Positions 38,999 to 47,675 of a stretch of 64,000 nucleotides of DNA are shown one piece after another; position 1 is the first letter of the stretch, and every line of letters starts with the position of its first letter. The DNA comes from a plasmid. The notes under the pieces were generated by a model that was not told the DNA's origin, did no database searches, and was given only the letters and a program-made list of their open reading frames with translations. The position numbers and the translations under genes are program-made. Where the stretch lies: the sequence record NZ_CP120951.1. One strand, given 5' to 3'.

Positions 38999-40648
38999 TC
39001 ACAGCAGTCGCGCGGTGATCACGATCGCCAGCAGCGTGCGCTGCTGGCGCGCGTCGACGCCGCCGCCCAGGATGGGATTGAAGGGCGAACCCACGCCGTT
39101 GTCCTGCGTGCTGTTGTCCGAACGCTGCATGCCAACCAGCACGAGCGATTCGCCGGGTTTCAGCGGCACGATCTGCTGCAGGTCGTAATTCTTCAGATGG
39201 GGCATCTGCAAGCACGACTGCGTGCTGTTCGAATTGCAGCCGGCCGGCAACGACACCATCTCGATCAAGCGACTCAACGTGAGCGAAAAATCCATCACGA
39301 TCGTGCCGTTGACGAGTTTGGGCAGAAACTGACCGGTAAACCCGACCGGCTGGAACTGGCCAGTCGCGGACGACGATGACCCGACGTTTGCGGCGAGCGT
39401 GCTTTGCGTCTGCGGCAGATACGGGATCTGCTCGCCGTCCTGCAGCGTGACCTTCTTGCCGTTTTGCGTGACGCCCGCGTTCGACAGCAGCGTGGTGACG
39501 TTACCGAGACTCGACAGCGCCTTGACTGCCCCCTTGGTGCCCGAGAACGGGCCAGACAGGATGTTTGCGCCGAAGCTCATGCCCGAGCCGCCACCGCTGA
39601 TCGCGGGGACCGCCGCGCCGGTGATACCGACCGACGTGTGGCCGGTCGCGCTCTTGTAGCCGAGCGCGAGATCCAGGCCATAGTTCTCGTCATGGTCCGT
39701 CTGAACCGAATACAGGTGGATGTCCACCGCGATCGTCTTGCTGTACATCGCGGTCAGCGATTTCATCCAGCCGTCGACCGCGTCGCATTGCGCGGGCGTG
39801 CCCGTCACGACCAGCACCCCGAGGTCGGGATCCGCCGTCACCGTCGCGCCGCTACCGGCGATCGCCGAGGCAGTCGTCTGCAATTGCTTCCACGGTGCGA
39901 TCGTGACTTTCAGCGTAGAGAGCTGCGAATTCCCGCCAGACGTACCGCCCGAATTACCGCTTCCGCTCGATCCGCTCGCGCCGTTCGACGAATTCGAGCT
40001 GGTCGTGATCGAGCTTTCCATTCCCGACGTTTCCGAGAGTGCCGGCAACGGGAACACGCGAGTTTCGCGCTTGAAGAATGTGATCACGCCATCGCGATAG
40101 CGATGCCAGACACCGAAGCGAGCCTGCTGCTGATCGAGGAACCCCTTGAACGTGCCCTTGTAGGTCAGCACGCGCGCCGAGTCGAGGTTAACCGCGCCCA
40201 CTGCTGTCGGCAGGATCGGTTGGCCAGCGGGGATGCCAGGCACGCCCGGCGGCAGCGGCGACGACATCGCACCGCCAGTCGGCGCCGAAAACGACGTTGG
40301 CACCGACGCCGAGCTGGTGGCAGACGAATCGATCTCGGTGCGCACGCCCGTCGTGCGCGTGATCCACTGAGCAACCTCCGCAAGCGAACCGGCCGGATAC
40401 GTATAGGACACCGCCTTGTCGTAAATTGCCGGCTGCGGCTTTCCTGCTACGATCTGTTCACCCATCAGCCACGCGCGCTTATGCATCTTGACGACGGGGC
40501 GACTCGTCGGCGCTTGAGCGATCTGAGCACGAGCCTGATCGGTCACTGCTTGCTGTTCGTTACGAATGTCGCGAATCGCGCATGCGGTCAGCGTCAAGGC
40601 CAGTGCCGGCGCCAAGGCGAATGCGGGATGCAGGAAGGAAGCTCGCAT
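38999..40648 (-). CDS. pilN: PilN-like secretin lipoprotein.
   Basis: A lipobox LTLTAC. The C-terminal half has the secretin domain pattern. 549 aa. Confidence 0.75.
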   Translation of the reverse strand: MRASFLHPAFALAPALALTLTACAIRDIRNEQQAVTDQARAQIAQAPTSRPVVKMHKRAWLMGEQIVAGKPQPAIYDKAVSYTYPAGSLAEVAQWITRTTGVRTEIDSSATSSASVPTSFSAPTGGAMSSPLPPGVPGIPAGQPILPTAVGAVNLDSARVLTYKGTFKGFLDQQQARFGVWHRYRDGVITFFKRETRVFPLPALSETSGMESSITTSSNSSNGASGSSGSGNSGGTSGGNSQLSTLKVTIAPWKQLQTTASAIAGSGATVTADPDLGVLVVTGTPAQCDAVDGWMKSLTAMYSKTIAVDIHLYSVQTDHDENYGLDLALGYKSATGHTSVGITGAAVPAISGGGSGMSFGANILSGPFSGTKGAVKALSSLGNVTTLLSNAGVTQNGKKVTLQDGEQIPYLPQTQSTLAANVGSSSSATGQFQPVGFTGQFLPKLVNGTIVMDFSLTLSRLIEMVSLPAGCNSNSTQSCLQMPHLKNYDLQQIVPLKPGESLVLVGMQRSDNSTQDNGVGSPFNPILGGGVDARQQRTLLAIVITARLL

Positions 40649-41194
40649 TTAGTCGTTCCCCGCTTCGTGGACCACGAATGTCCGGTTATCCAAATAGCCA
40701 TCGCCTCGAACGTCAGCGCCATTGGCTGCCAAGTCCTCGAGGACCTTCGTCGCGGCCTCCGGAAAATCACCGGCGTAATCCGCGTCGTTCGGCACGATCC
40801 AGTCAGGGCCCACGTTCCAGGACAGCGACCACCCGTCCGATTTCGCCCACTCACGCAGTTGAGATTCGAGCGACACTCCGCCGGTCAGGTGGTGGAGCGG
40901 CTTGGGCGGCGCATCGACGACTGGCGCCTCCACAACCGTTTCGGACGGCGACAGCGAAGCGGCTGGCGCGACATTGCTCGCCGCGTTCTGCGCGATAAGC
41001 GTGGCAGGCGAACCAGACGACAGCGGCGGAACCGCAGCAACCGTCAATGAGGGACTGGCCGACGCCGCGGGTGCCGGTGGGTTGTAGCGCGGCAGGTACG
41101 GTGCGAGATGTATTGCCGGCGAGTTCGACGTTGCCAGTTGGTCACCCGCGATCGCCGTCGCACTCGTCGCGAGTGCGGCACCGATCACGAGCAT
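40649..41194 (-). CDS. PilM-like periplasmic protein.
   Basis: A signal peptide. Named from its position between the pilL and pilN homologues. Confidence 0.45.
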   Translation of the reverse strand: MLVIGAALATSATAIAGDQLATSNSPAIHLAPYLPRYNPPAPAASASPSLTVAAVPPLSSGSPATLIAQNAASNVAPAASLSPSETVVEAPVVDAPPKPLHHLTGGVSLESQLREWAKSDGWSLSWNVGPDWIVPNDADYAGDFPEAATKVLEDLAANGADVRGDGYLDNRTFVVHEAGND

Positions 41195-41210
41195 GCCTCG
41201 CAACGTGCCA

Positions 41211-41771
41211 TTAATGTGCGCGTGCATCGCTCGCCCCCTTCGGCACCTGGGCCAGATTCGTCGACGCGGCTCCGAACAGCGGCTTGCCGTTCAGATCGTT
41301 CGCGTCTGTGACGATCCAGGTCTTGCCGTCAGCCACCTGCAAAATCGTGAGTGGATAGCCCGCATCGGAAACGGCGGCCAAGATCGACTTCATCGCGGCT
41401 GCCAGATCACCCGCGACATGACTGTCGGCGGTCACCGGCACCTGCAGCGACGTCATCCAGCGCATCGTCACGCCAGTCATACTGGCCCAGCGGGCGAGCG
41501 AAACAGACAACGTCTTGTCGTCCGAGCGCAGATCGAAGCCCGGCGCGTTCGGAGCGATGGCGGCAGCAAGCGCGGTAGAAGTCGGCGCGCGCGGCTGCGT
41601 TGTGGCCGGCGGAAGCGTGCACACTCGTTGATAGCGCCCGGTGGTCTGACGCGCAACCGGCGCCCAATCTGCCGAACCATCAACTCCAGCAGCACAGCCG
41701 GACAGGACAATCATGGCGAACGCGGCAACACCGCCAGCGAACGGCATGCGCGAAAATCGTGGCCGTTTCAT
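41211..41771 (-). CDS. PilL-like lipoprotein.
   Basis: A lipobox VLSGCAAG. First gene after a 280-nt promoter-like gap. Confidence 0.5.
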   Translation of the reverse strand: MKRPRFSRMPFAGGVAAFAMIVLSGCAAGVDGSADWAPVARQTTGRYQRVCTLPPATTQPRAPTSTALAAAIAPNAPGFDLRSDDKTLSVSLARWASMTGVTMRWMTSLQVPVTADSHVAGDLAAAMKSILAAVSDAGYPLTILQVADGKTWIVTDANDLNGKPLFGAASTNLAQVPKGASDARAH

Positions 41772-42050
41772 CGAATCTCCGGGATATCGGTAACGACTGG
41801 CGATCGCAACCTTCAGAAAGCGCAAGTAGCGCGCGGTGTAGAAAACGCCTGACGCAAAACCACCGCGTCCGGCAAAGCCGCCGCCATGCCCTAAAGTGAG
41901 GGGAGTCGGGATAGCGCGGCACGAGGTACGGTAATTACGCCGGCTGGCGCCTGCCAAATGCGTCGTGGCATCGCGCGACGCGCCCATGTGTTTAGCAATA
42001 CTAATAAACACACAATGACCGGCCGACGTGAGTGATTTCATCGGATGTCC

Positions 42051-42605
42051 CTATTCCGCCCCGGCTACCGCCAAGCGGCTCGTTTCATAGACCGCTGCCA
42101 TCGCTTCCGGTATCGAAACAGGAACGACCGGCTGCGTTGCCGTCACGCCAGGTGTGATTCGGAAGAGTTCGCGATAGACGCGTCGGGCGTACTGGACGCG
42201 CTTGTGCGGCGACGCCGCGTTGTATGCACCAACAGCGTTCCAGGTCAGCCCGAGGCGGGAGATGTTTTGCGAGAGGATCCACGCGCCAACGTAAGCGTTC
42301 GTGCACGCGTCGAGCAACGCCGTACGATCGATGCCGTAGCGAGCGAGCGTCGGCAGCCAACTAGAGTTGATCTGCATGAGCCCGATATCTTCGGACCCGT
42401 TGCGATTAACGTTGCGCGCGGACGGATTGAAACCCGACTCGACAGAGGCAATCGCTCTGACAAGATGCGGGTTCAGATGCTGGTAAGCAGCAGCGGCGTC
42501 AATACAATCGGCGCGCGCCGTTACTATCAGTAACGAATTCAGGGCAAACACGCAGCCCCAAAGGATGGCAGCACGCGACCGATCACGTACAATACCGAAA
42601 GCCAT
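42051..42605 (-). CDS. Lytic transglycosylase (SLT domain), the counterpart of R64 PilT.
   Basis: The SLT catalytic region (ESGFNPSA...GLMQIN) and a signal peptide. Confidence 0.75.
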   Translation of the reverse strand: MAFGIVRDRSRAAILWGCVFALNSLLIVTARADCIDAAAAYQHLNPHLVRAIASVESGFNPSARNVNRNGSEDIGLMQINSSWLPTLARYGIDRTALLDACTNAYVGAWILSQNISRLGLTWNAVGAYNAASPHKRVQYARRVYRELFRITPGVTATQPVVPVSIPEAMAAVYETSRLAVAGAE

Positions 42606-42724
42606 GGTTATTCCTCATCTCGGCAAGCTCTATCAAAGCCCCGTGGTTGGATCGCAACTAACCTGGTTAGGTCGGTAACGGTGTTGACGCACCCTTACCG
42701 ACCGTTACTACTCTGCCTCCAGCG

Positions 42725-43030
42725 CTACTTCCCCTCTTCTCCCTGGTGTCCGCCGTCCTGAGCCGATTCGGCCTCAGCTGCAAACTTCACCTTTATTTCG
42801 GACAACTTGGGACAGGCTTCTTTTAAAACTCCCATCACTCGGTCAAAGTCACGCCATGTGCGTTGCTTACCGCGTTGCCCCTGAAGGGTGAACAGTTTCT
42901 CTTGCTCGAAGAGGAAGACCTGCACTATCCACAGCGGCCGGCCCTCTTCAACGATTTCAACAACCCAGATTTCACATTTCTCCCCTGTGCGGTATGCGAA
43001 AGCCAGTTCTTGCAGTGATATGCCTGGCAT
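42725..43030 (-). CDS. Small hypothetical protein, divergent from the xre gene.
   Basis: 101 aa counted from the internal ATG. No recognisable domain. Confidence 0.4.
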   Translation of the reverse strand: MPGISLQELAFAYRTGEKCEIWVVEIVEEGRPLWIVQVFLFEQEKLFTLQGQRGKQRTWRDFDRVMGVLKEACPKLSEIKVKFAAEAESAQDGGHQGEEGK

Positions 43031-43115
43031 CCTTCCCCTCTTCCTTCTGAGGTGTAAAAGGGAAAGTATCGCCATGACTCCGCTAGAAGATCGCCACTCG
43101 TTGTAAAGTATACAA

Positions 43116-43133
43116 ACTTGCAGGAAAGTTTAT
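43116..43133. promoter_or_regulatory. AAACTT-N6-AAGTTT inverted repeat in the AT-rich divergent promoter region. Candidate operator.
   Basis: Read directly in the sequence. It lies in roughly 40% GC DNA between two divergent genes. Coordinates are approximate to +/-2 nt. Confidence 0.3.
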
Positions 43134-43355
43134 AACTTTTATCCTACTCGCATTCATCTGACATAGCAACAACGATTCGACCTTCAAGCAACAAAACTCC
43201 GTGCGCCGCCTGTATCTTGAGCATGTTGAGATGTGTCACCCCGACCACCAAGTCAGTTGCGACAACGATCTACAATCTTGATTACAGATCGCTCAACAAT
43301 AGTCATAAAAATACCTCATAAAAGGTTGCTGATCAACCATAATTGGGGTATTTCG

Positions 43356-43784
43356 ATGGGCTATCTTACGCCGATGGATAATTCTAATCAGGGCCAGGGC
43401 CGGACTCCCTTCGGAGAACGCCTTCTCGCTGCACGGCGGAGAAAGGGCTTTTCGCAGAAGCAGGTCGAGGCACGTGTCGGCATCTCGCAAAGCAACCTGG
43501 GAGCCTTGGAGACAAAGGGCACCGGCTCGGCCTTCACTGTCGCGCTTGCGTTGCTCTACGGAGTTAGCCCCGTATGGCTTGCGATGGGCAAGGGCTCCAT
43601 GGAAGGGACGTCCCCTATACCCGACTGGCTTGCCGAGCTCAATGAGCGCGAGCTTGACGCAGTACGACACTTTGCTGCTGGCTTGGTCGCAGCGCGCCAG
43701 ATCCATGGGGGGAAATCACGCACCACGCACGTTAAGCCTCTGCCGCCGCCATCCCCTGACGCGCCCGCTGACCAAACCGACTGA
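43356..43784 (+). CDS. XRE-family (Cro/CI-type) helix-turn-helix transcriptional regulator.
   Basis: The HTH motif QKQVEARVGISQSNLGALE. The C-terminal region is S24-peptidase-like or unknown. Confidence 0.7.
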   Translation: MGYLTPMDNSNQGQGRTPFGERLLAARRRKGFSQKQVEARVGISQSNLGALETKGTGSAFTVALALLYGVSPVWLAMGKGSMEGTSPIPDWLAELNERELDAVRHFAAGLVAARQIHGGKSRTTHVKPLPPPSPDAPADQTD

Positions 43785-43796
43785 AGTAGATTCCGA

Positions 43797-44747
43797 TTAC
43801 CGAAAGCCCGTTCGGTCATCCATGGCGAACCCGCCACTGATCGCATCGTGCAACTCATACGCATCTTGGACTGCACGAGCAGCGAGCCGCTGTGCCTGCA
43901 ATACAATCCGTGGATCAATTGCGCCTCCCTCCATTGAGGCCAGCAACATTGACGCACCGTTTGTCAAAGCAGCCCAGTCCACAATCCGGGCTGTTAAAGC
44001 GCGCAAGTAAGCACCGTTGGCCACTGCGGCTTCATGACCAGCATCTCCGGCCACGTCCGTCCCAGTTTCTTCGATAAGTTCTGCGCCCGAGCATAGAATT
44101 AACTCCGGCTCGCCGCTTTGCAGCGACGGAACAAATCGATTTCGAAACAAGAACGGCCGCGCCCCGCCAACCGTGTTGATCATTCGACGAACATCGTGGA
44201 TGCTGCCCTGCTCAAAGAAGCGGGATATGTTGGTCCGCGACTCATGAGCGGCGGACGCAGACATGAAGAGATCGTGCGCGCTCTCGCCCATCACGTCCTC
44301 CTCTCGATACCCCGTGTACTCCTCTGCCCGCCGGTTAAATCGCTGAATCATGCCGCTCTTGTCCAACACGACCACAATCGCATTGGTCTCTGATACCAGC
44401 CCCTCCGAAAAGGCCATTGCGCGCATCGTGATATTTGCGACCGACTCGGGATCCCATAGCGAAGCGGCGACCCCCGCCCATTCACCAGTGTGGATTTTTT
44501 TCCCGATGAGGTATAAGTCGACGTGCTCACCATAGATCTGAACGTTCAGCGTCACCATCGAGGTTGCGCCCGTCAAGCCGCGAATCCGCTCGGCTTCGCG
44601 ACCAATCACCTGGATAGGGATCGTCGGACCGAACTCGTCACCGGCCGCGGACAGCGTCAACACACGATCATGATTGGAATATCGCCAAATTGGCGTTGGG
44701 GTCCCAAAGTGATTCTTGAGCCCCGCAAATATGGTCTTCTCACTCAT
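43797..44747 (-). CDS. Sensor-type protein. An N-terminal uncharacterised domain shared with the upstream 125-aa protein is fused to a PAS domain and a C-terminal helical region.
   Basis: A PAS-like block (VVVLDKSGMIQRFNRRAEEYTGY). The N-terminal 100 aa align to ORF 44797..45174 (YL[IV]GK[KR]I..W.GVA.S). Confidence 0.55.
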   Translation of the reverse strand: MSEKTIFAGLKNHFGTPTPIWRYSNHDRVLTLSAAGDEFGPTIPIQVIGREAERIRGLTGATSMVTLNVQIYGEHVDLYLIGKKIHTGEWAGVAASLWDPESVANITMRAMAFSEGLVSETNAIVVVLDKSGMIQRFNRRAEEYTGYREEDVMGESAHDLFMSASAAHESRTNISRFFEQGSIHDVRRMINTVGGARPFLFRNRFVPSLQSGEPELILCSGAELIEETGTDVAGDAGHEAAVANGAYLRALTARIVDWAALTNGASMLLASMEGGAIDPRIVLQAQRLAARAVQDAYELHDAISGGFAMDDRTGFR

Positions 44748-44796
44748 TGCACACCCACAGCTTGTCACCACCTACATTGCCAGACCGAGATCACCC

Positions 44797-45174
44797 CTAG
44801 CTTGCGCGACGTACCGGGAACCTCACGACGTTACTGGCCTCTCGCTCTTCCCATGCAGAGATCATCGATCCATTCGGGACAAGGCCCGGGTCAACAGAAG
44901 CGACCCCTCGCCAGATTCGATCAGTAATCCTCTTCCCCACCAGGTAGAACACCAGCGGTTCCCCTGAGATCGTGATCCTGCATGATGTTTTCGTAACTTC
45001 ACCGCCGAAGGCGCGCACCTGCGCAGCTTGCTCGCGATCAAGCTCTGCGGCAATACTCGTCACACGAGGATTACCACCGAGACCAATGATGTTACTGTCG
45101 TCAGTTAACGTCCAGACAGGGCACGCTGTCCCCGTACGCAACAAAAAGAAGTCCTCAACCCCGAAGCCAGTCAT
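44797..45174 (-). CDS. Stand-alone copy of the same uncharacterised domain.
   Basis: An AAAGGTG RBS. The sequence is paralogous to the N-terminus of the downstream PAS protein. Confidence 0.5.
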   Translation of the reverse strand: MTGFGVEDFFLLRTGTACPVWTLTDDSNIIGLGGNPRVTSIAAELDREQAAQVRAFGGEVTKTSCRITISGEPLVFYLVGKRITDRIWRGVASVDPGLVPNGSMISAWEEREASNVVRFPVRRAS

Positions 45175-45461
45175 CTAACACCTTTATTGATTAATTATTC
45201 AAACTTGATAAGACGCTCACCCCGCACACCTTAGCCGCATAACATGCAAATCGCATAACGGCGCAAAGGTACGCGAACTTTAGGCCGGACGCTGCATTGC
45301 TCCGAATAAGTCGTCGTTCGTTGACGCCTGGCACGCGCCGAATCCGCCCCATCGTGCCGAGCCACGCCAATCTTAGCCGACCGCGAGCGGCCTTATCGGA
45401 CCACATCAGCTGTCGGCACAATTTGGCGGCGGATTTGCGCGCACATGCCCGCCGTCATACA

Positions 45462-45477
45462 CTGTATATTTATACAG
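45462..45477. promoter_or_regulatory. LexA-type SOS box CTGT-ATATTTAT-ACAG.
   Basis: An exact match to the CTGT-N8-ACAG consensus with an AT-rich spacer. It lies in a lower-GC intergenic region about 75 nt upstream of ORF 45553. Coordinates are approximate to +/-2 nt. Confidence 0.55.
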
Positions 45478-45552
45478 GTGTTTTGGCCGGCACACGACGA
45501 CAAACGTCGATCGGTAGCCGTCAACGACTAGCACAACGGAGCGGCTTACTCG

Positions 45553-45879
45553 ATGACTTCACGGACCCACAAAGACGGCGACGTCTTGCTCGACGACGGC
45601 ACTTACTTCATCGAAAGCGATGCAGCCGCCGGCCAGGACGGCAGGACCGGTCGCCTGATGCGTCGGTGCGATCGCGCATCGCCCGACGCTAGCGCAGTTG
45701 AATGTGTCGGCATCTACGAATTGACGATGGGCGGCAAATGGCGTGTGACCATAACGTCATACTATGACGCTCGGACTGATTCGGAAACGCACGAGATCGG
45801 CGCCTTCGAGAACAGACTGGACGCAATCTGCACGCTCTGGAAAAGTCGGCACGATGCAATCGGTAGGTATGCAAACTGA
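45553..45879 (+). CDS. Hypothetical protein, possibly SOS-regulated.
   Basis: 108-aa ORF downstream of the LexA box. The RBS is weak. Confidence 0.35.
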   Translation: MTSRTHKDGDVLLDDGTYFIESDAAAGQDGRTGRLMRRCDRASPDASAVECVGIYELTMGGKWRVTITSYYDARTDSETHEIGAFENRLDAICTLWKSRHDAIGRYAN

Positions 45880-45939
45880 ACTGGCCAGCCGACAAACGCC
45901 GATTGCTCTCAAGCACTTCCTACCTCTCCGTGATCCAGC

Positions 45940-46212
45940 ATGCAGAACTACAGTCGCCCGGAACGCACGCCGCTTACGGCTGCTGAATTACGGCAGATCT
46001 ATGATGAGAACCCCACACCAGCGGTCCGCACGCTGCTGTGGGAAATCCATCGATTACGCCTTACTCTGATACACGTGAACGATGTGCGGCGCTGTTTTCG
46101 CAGTCAGCCAACGAGTGTTCCCACGCCGCTTTGGGATCTGTTCCTCAAGCGCCTAAACGCAGAGCCTTGCCTGCGTGACGGTAACGGATCGTCTCGTAGA
46201 AATTATTCCTAG
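45940..46212 (+). CDS. Hypothetical small protein.
   Basis: 90-aa ORF. No domain recognised. Confidence 0.3.
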   Translation: MQNYSRPERTPLTAAELRQIYDENPTPAVRTLLWEIHRLRLTLIHVNDVRRCFRSQPTSVPTPLWDLFLKRLNAEPCLRDGNGSSRRNYS

Positions 46213-46241
46213 GTATCGGCCAATCACAGCGCACCATTCAA

Positions 46242-46259
46242 TTTCTCGCATGCGAGAAA
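46242..46259. promoter_or_regulatory. 18-bp perfect palindrome TTTCTCGCATGCGAGAAA, operator copy 1.
   Basis: One of five copies of the TTCTCGCATGCGAGAA core. Coordinates are approximate to +/-2 nt. Confidence 0.6.
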
Positions 46260-46283
46260 CGAAGCGAACGCTTCGCGACTACA

Positions 46284-46613
46284 CTAGCCCTCTTTCTGCG
46301 AAAAATACTTGATCCGCTCTTGCTCGACCTCGACCATGAACTTCTCGAGCAAGTCTTGCGGGGCACATACTGTCGCCCTAACCCACTTTGGGGGAAACAT
46401 TGACGACTGTAGATATTCGGCGAAAAAGCGGTTCCGAATAGCCAGCACTTGCTGTCGCTTCATTCCGTGCCGCTCTCCGACCTCGGACAGTCCTCGGCCC
46501 TCCACCAAAACCTCACGCGCGACCTGTAGGCTGCGCTCCTTCATCCGAGTTTGATCCGCCACTCTTATAAAATCCTCTTCGGGTAAGCGGTACATATCGG
46601 CCAACGGTTGCAT
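46284..46613 (-). CDS. korA: KorA/TrfB-like small HTH repressor.
   Basis: 109 aa. It aligns by eye with IncP KorA. Compare AREVLVEG..S.VGERHGMKRQQV and PPKWVRATVCAPQDLLEKFM with KorA ARGVLVDG...LGLTRGAVSQAV and PEGYARVTAVLPEHQAYIVRKWE. Confidence 0.6.
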   Translation of the reverse strand: MQPLADMYRLPEEDFIRVADQTRMKERSLQVAREVLVEGRGLSEVGERHGMKRQQVLAIRNRFFAEYLQSSMFPPKWVRATVCAPQDLLEKFMVEVEQERIKYFSQKEG

Positions 46614-46666
46614 GTAGATCCCTTATGCAATATCTACGATCTACCTGCCGATCGTAGATATTAGGT

Positions 46667-47665
46667 TTATTTGGATGCGGCCAATTTCGTCAGCGCGTGA
46701 TGCGTGCGATCAAGCTCAGCCCGCGCCTGGAAGATACTTTTCTCGACATCAGGGGGCATCACGCCAAAAACATCGCGTCGCTCCTGGAATACTTTCGCCA
46801 ACACGCCAATTTGATCGCGCAATGCCTGCACCTGCGACACCGCATCAGCCACGATCACAACAGCATCTGTTGCCGCTTTAGGCTTCTTCGCCTTCTCTTT
46901 CGCGTCATCGGCACTCGAGGATTCTCGCATGCGAGAATTAACCTCGCTTCCCGCCTTCGTGCTTGGCTTCGCGTCTTTCAGCTTGCCTCGAATCGCTTTC
47001 CGCACATTCGCGCCCGAATCGGTTTTCGCCTGTTCAACCACCGCTTGTGCGGCTGCCGGGTCGACCTTTTCAAGGCGATGCAGGTCATTGATCGTGGTGA
47101 TGTCGGCAGTGACCCCCTCTGCGACAGCTTGGCTCGCATGCCCACCCGCCTCCACGACCTCAAGAAACTTGATGCGCTCGGCTACCCAGTTCAGCCCCTT
47201 GTTCCACTCCGCCGCAACTTTCTCTAGCGTGCCAAGTCGGGCTTTATCATCTCGCAGTGCAACAGCTATTTCGAGTTGGGTCAGATTCTCGCGCTGGATG
47301 TTCTCCGCGCGCTGCACTCGGCGCGCCTGCTCATCATCCATGTCCCGCACGACGGCCTTGAGCTTGATGCCTGCGATCTTGCACCCGCGCCAACGTCGCT
47401 CACCCGCCACCATGAGGTAGCGCCCGGCCTGCTTGGGGTTCTTACGCAGCACCGCCGGCTCATGCTGACCATCACGCTTCATGTCATTGCCAAGTTCAGT
47501 CAACGACTCCACCGTGAAGCCCGGATTGTCCATACTGCGGATCTGCTTCTCGCAATCGACCAACTCCGGATCGACCTCTTCGATCCGCTCGCCTGGCAAA
47601 GCGGCCGCAGCGCCCTGCTTCTGAATGTCTGATAACTTACTGATCTTGTTTCCGAATGCGCTCAC
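46667..47665 (-). CDS. parB: ParB/KorB-family partition and DNA-binding protein.
   Basis: The ParB box GERRWRG, an HTH region and a Lys/Ala-rich C-terminal half. Confidence 0.85.
   Translation of the reverse strand: MSAFGNKISKLSDIQKQGAAAALPGERIEEVDPELVDCEKQIRSMDNPGFTVESLTELGNDMKRDGQHEPAVLRKNPKQAGRYLMVAGERRWRGCKIAGIKLKAVVRDMDDEQARRVQRAENIQRENLTQLEIAVALRDDKARLGTLEKVAAEWNKGLNWVAERIKFLEVVEAGGHASQAVAEGVTADITTINDLHRLEKVDPAAAQAVVEQAKTDSGANVRKAIRGKLKDAKPSTKAGSEVNSRMRESSSADDAKEKAKKPKAATDAVVIVADAVSQVQALRDQIGVLAKVFQERRDVFGVMPPDVEKSIFQARAELDRTHHALTKLAASK
46921..46938. promoter_or_regulatory. 18-bp perfect palindrome ATTCTCGCATGCGAGAAT inside the parB coding sequence (codons NSRMRES), operator copy 2.
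   Basis: Read directly in the sequence. Approximate to +/-2 nt. Confidence 0.55.
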
Positions 47666-47675
47666 GACATTCCCC

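Noticed and set aside
42660-42705. Apparent repeat ggtcggtaacgg ... accgaccgttac upstream of the small gene at 42725.
   Set aside because: The two half-sites are arranged A-B...A'-B' rather than A-B...B'-A'. They therefore cannot form a single hairpin and are not a clean palindrome.
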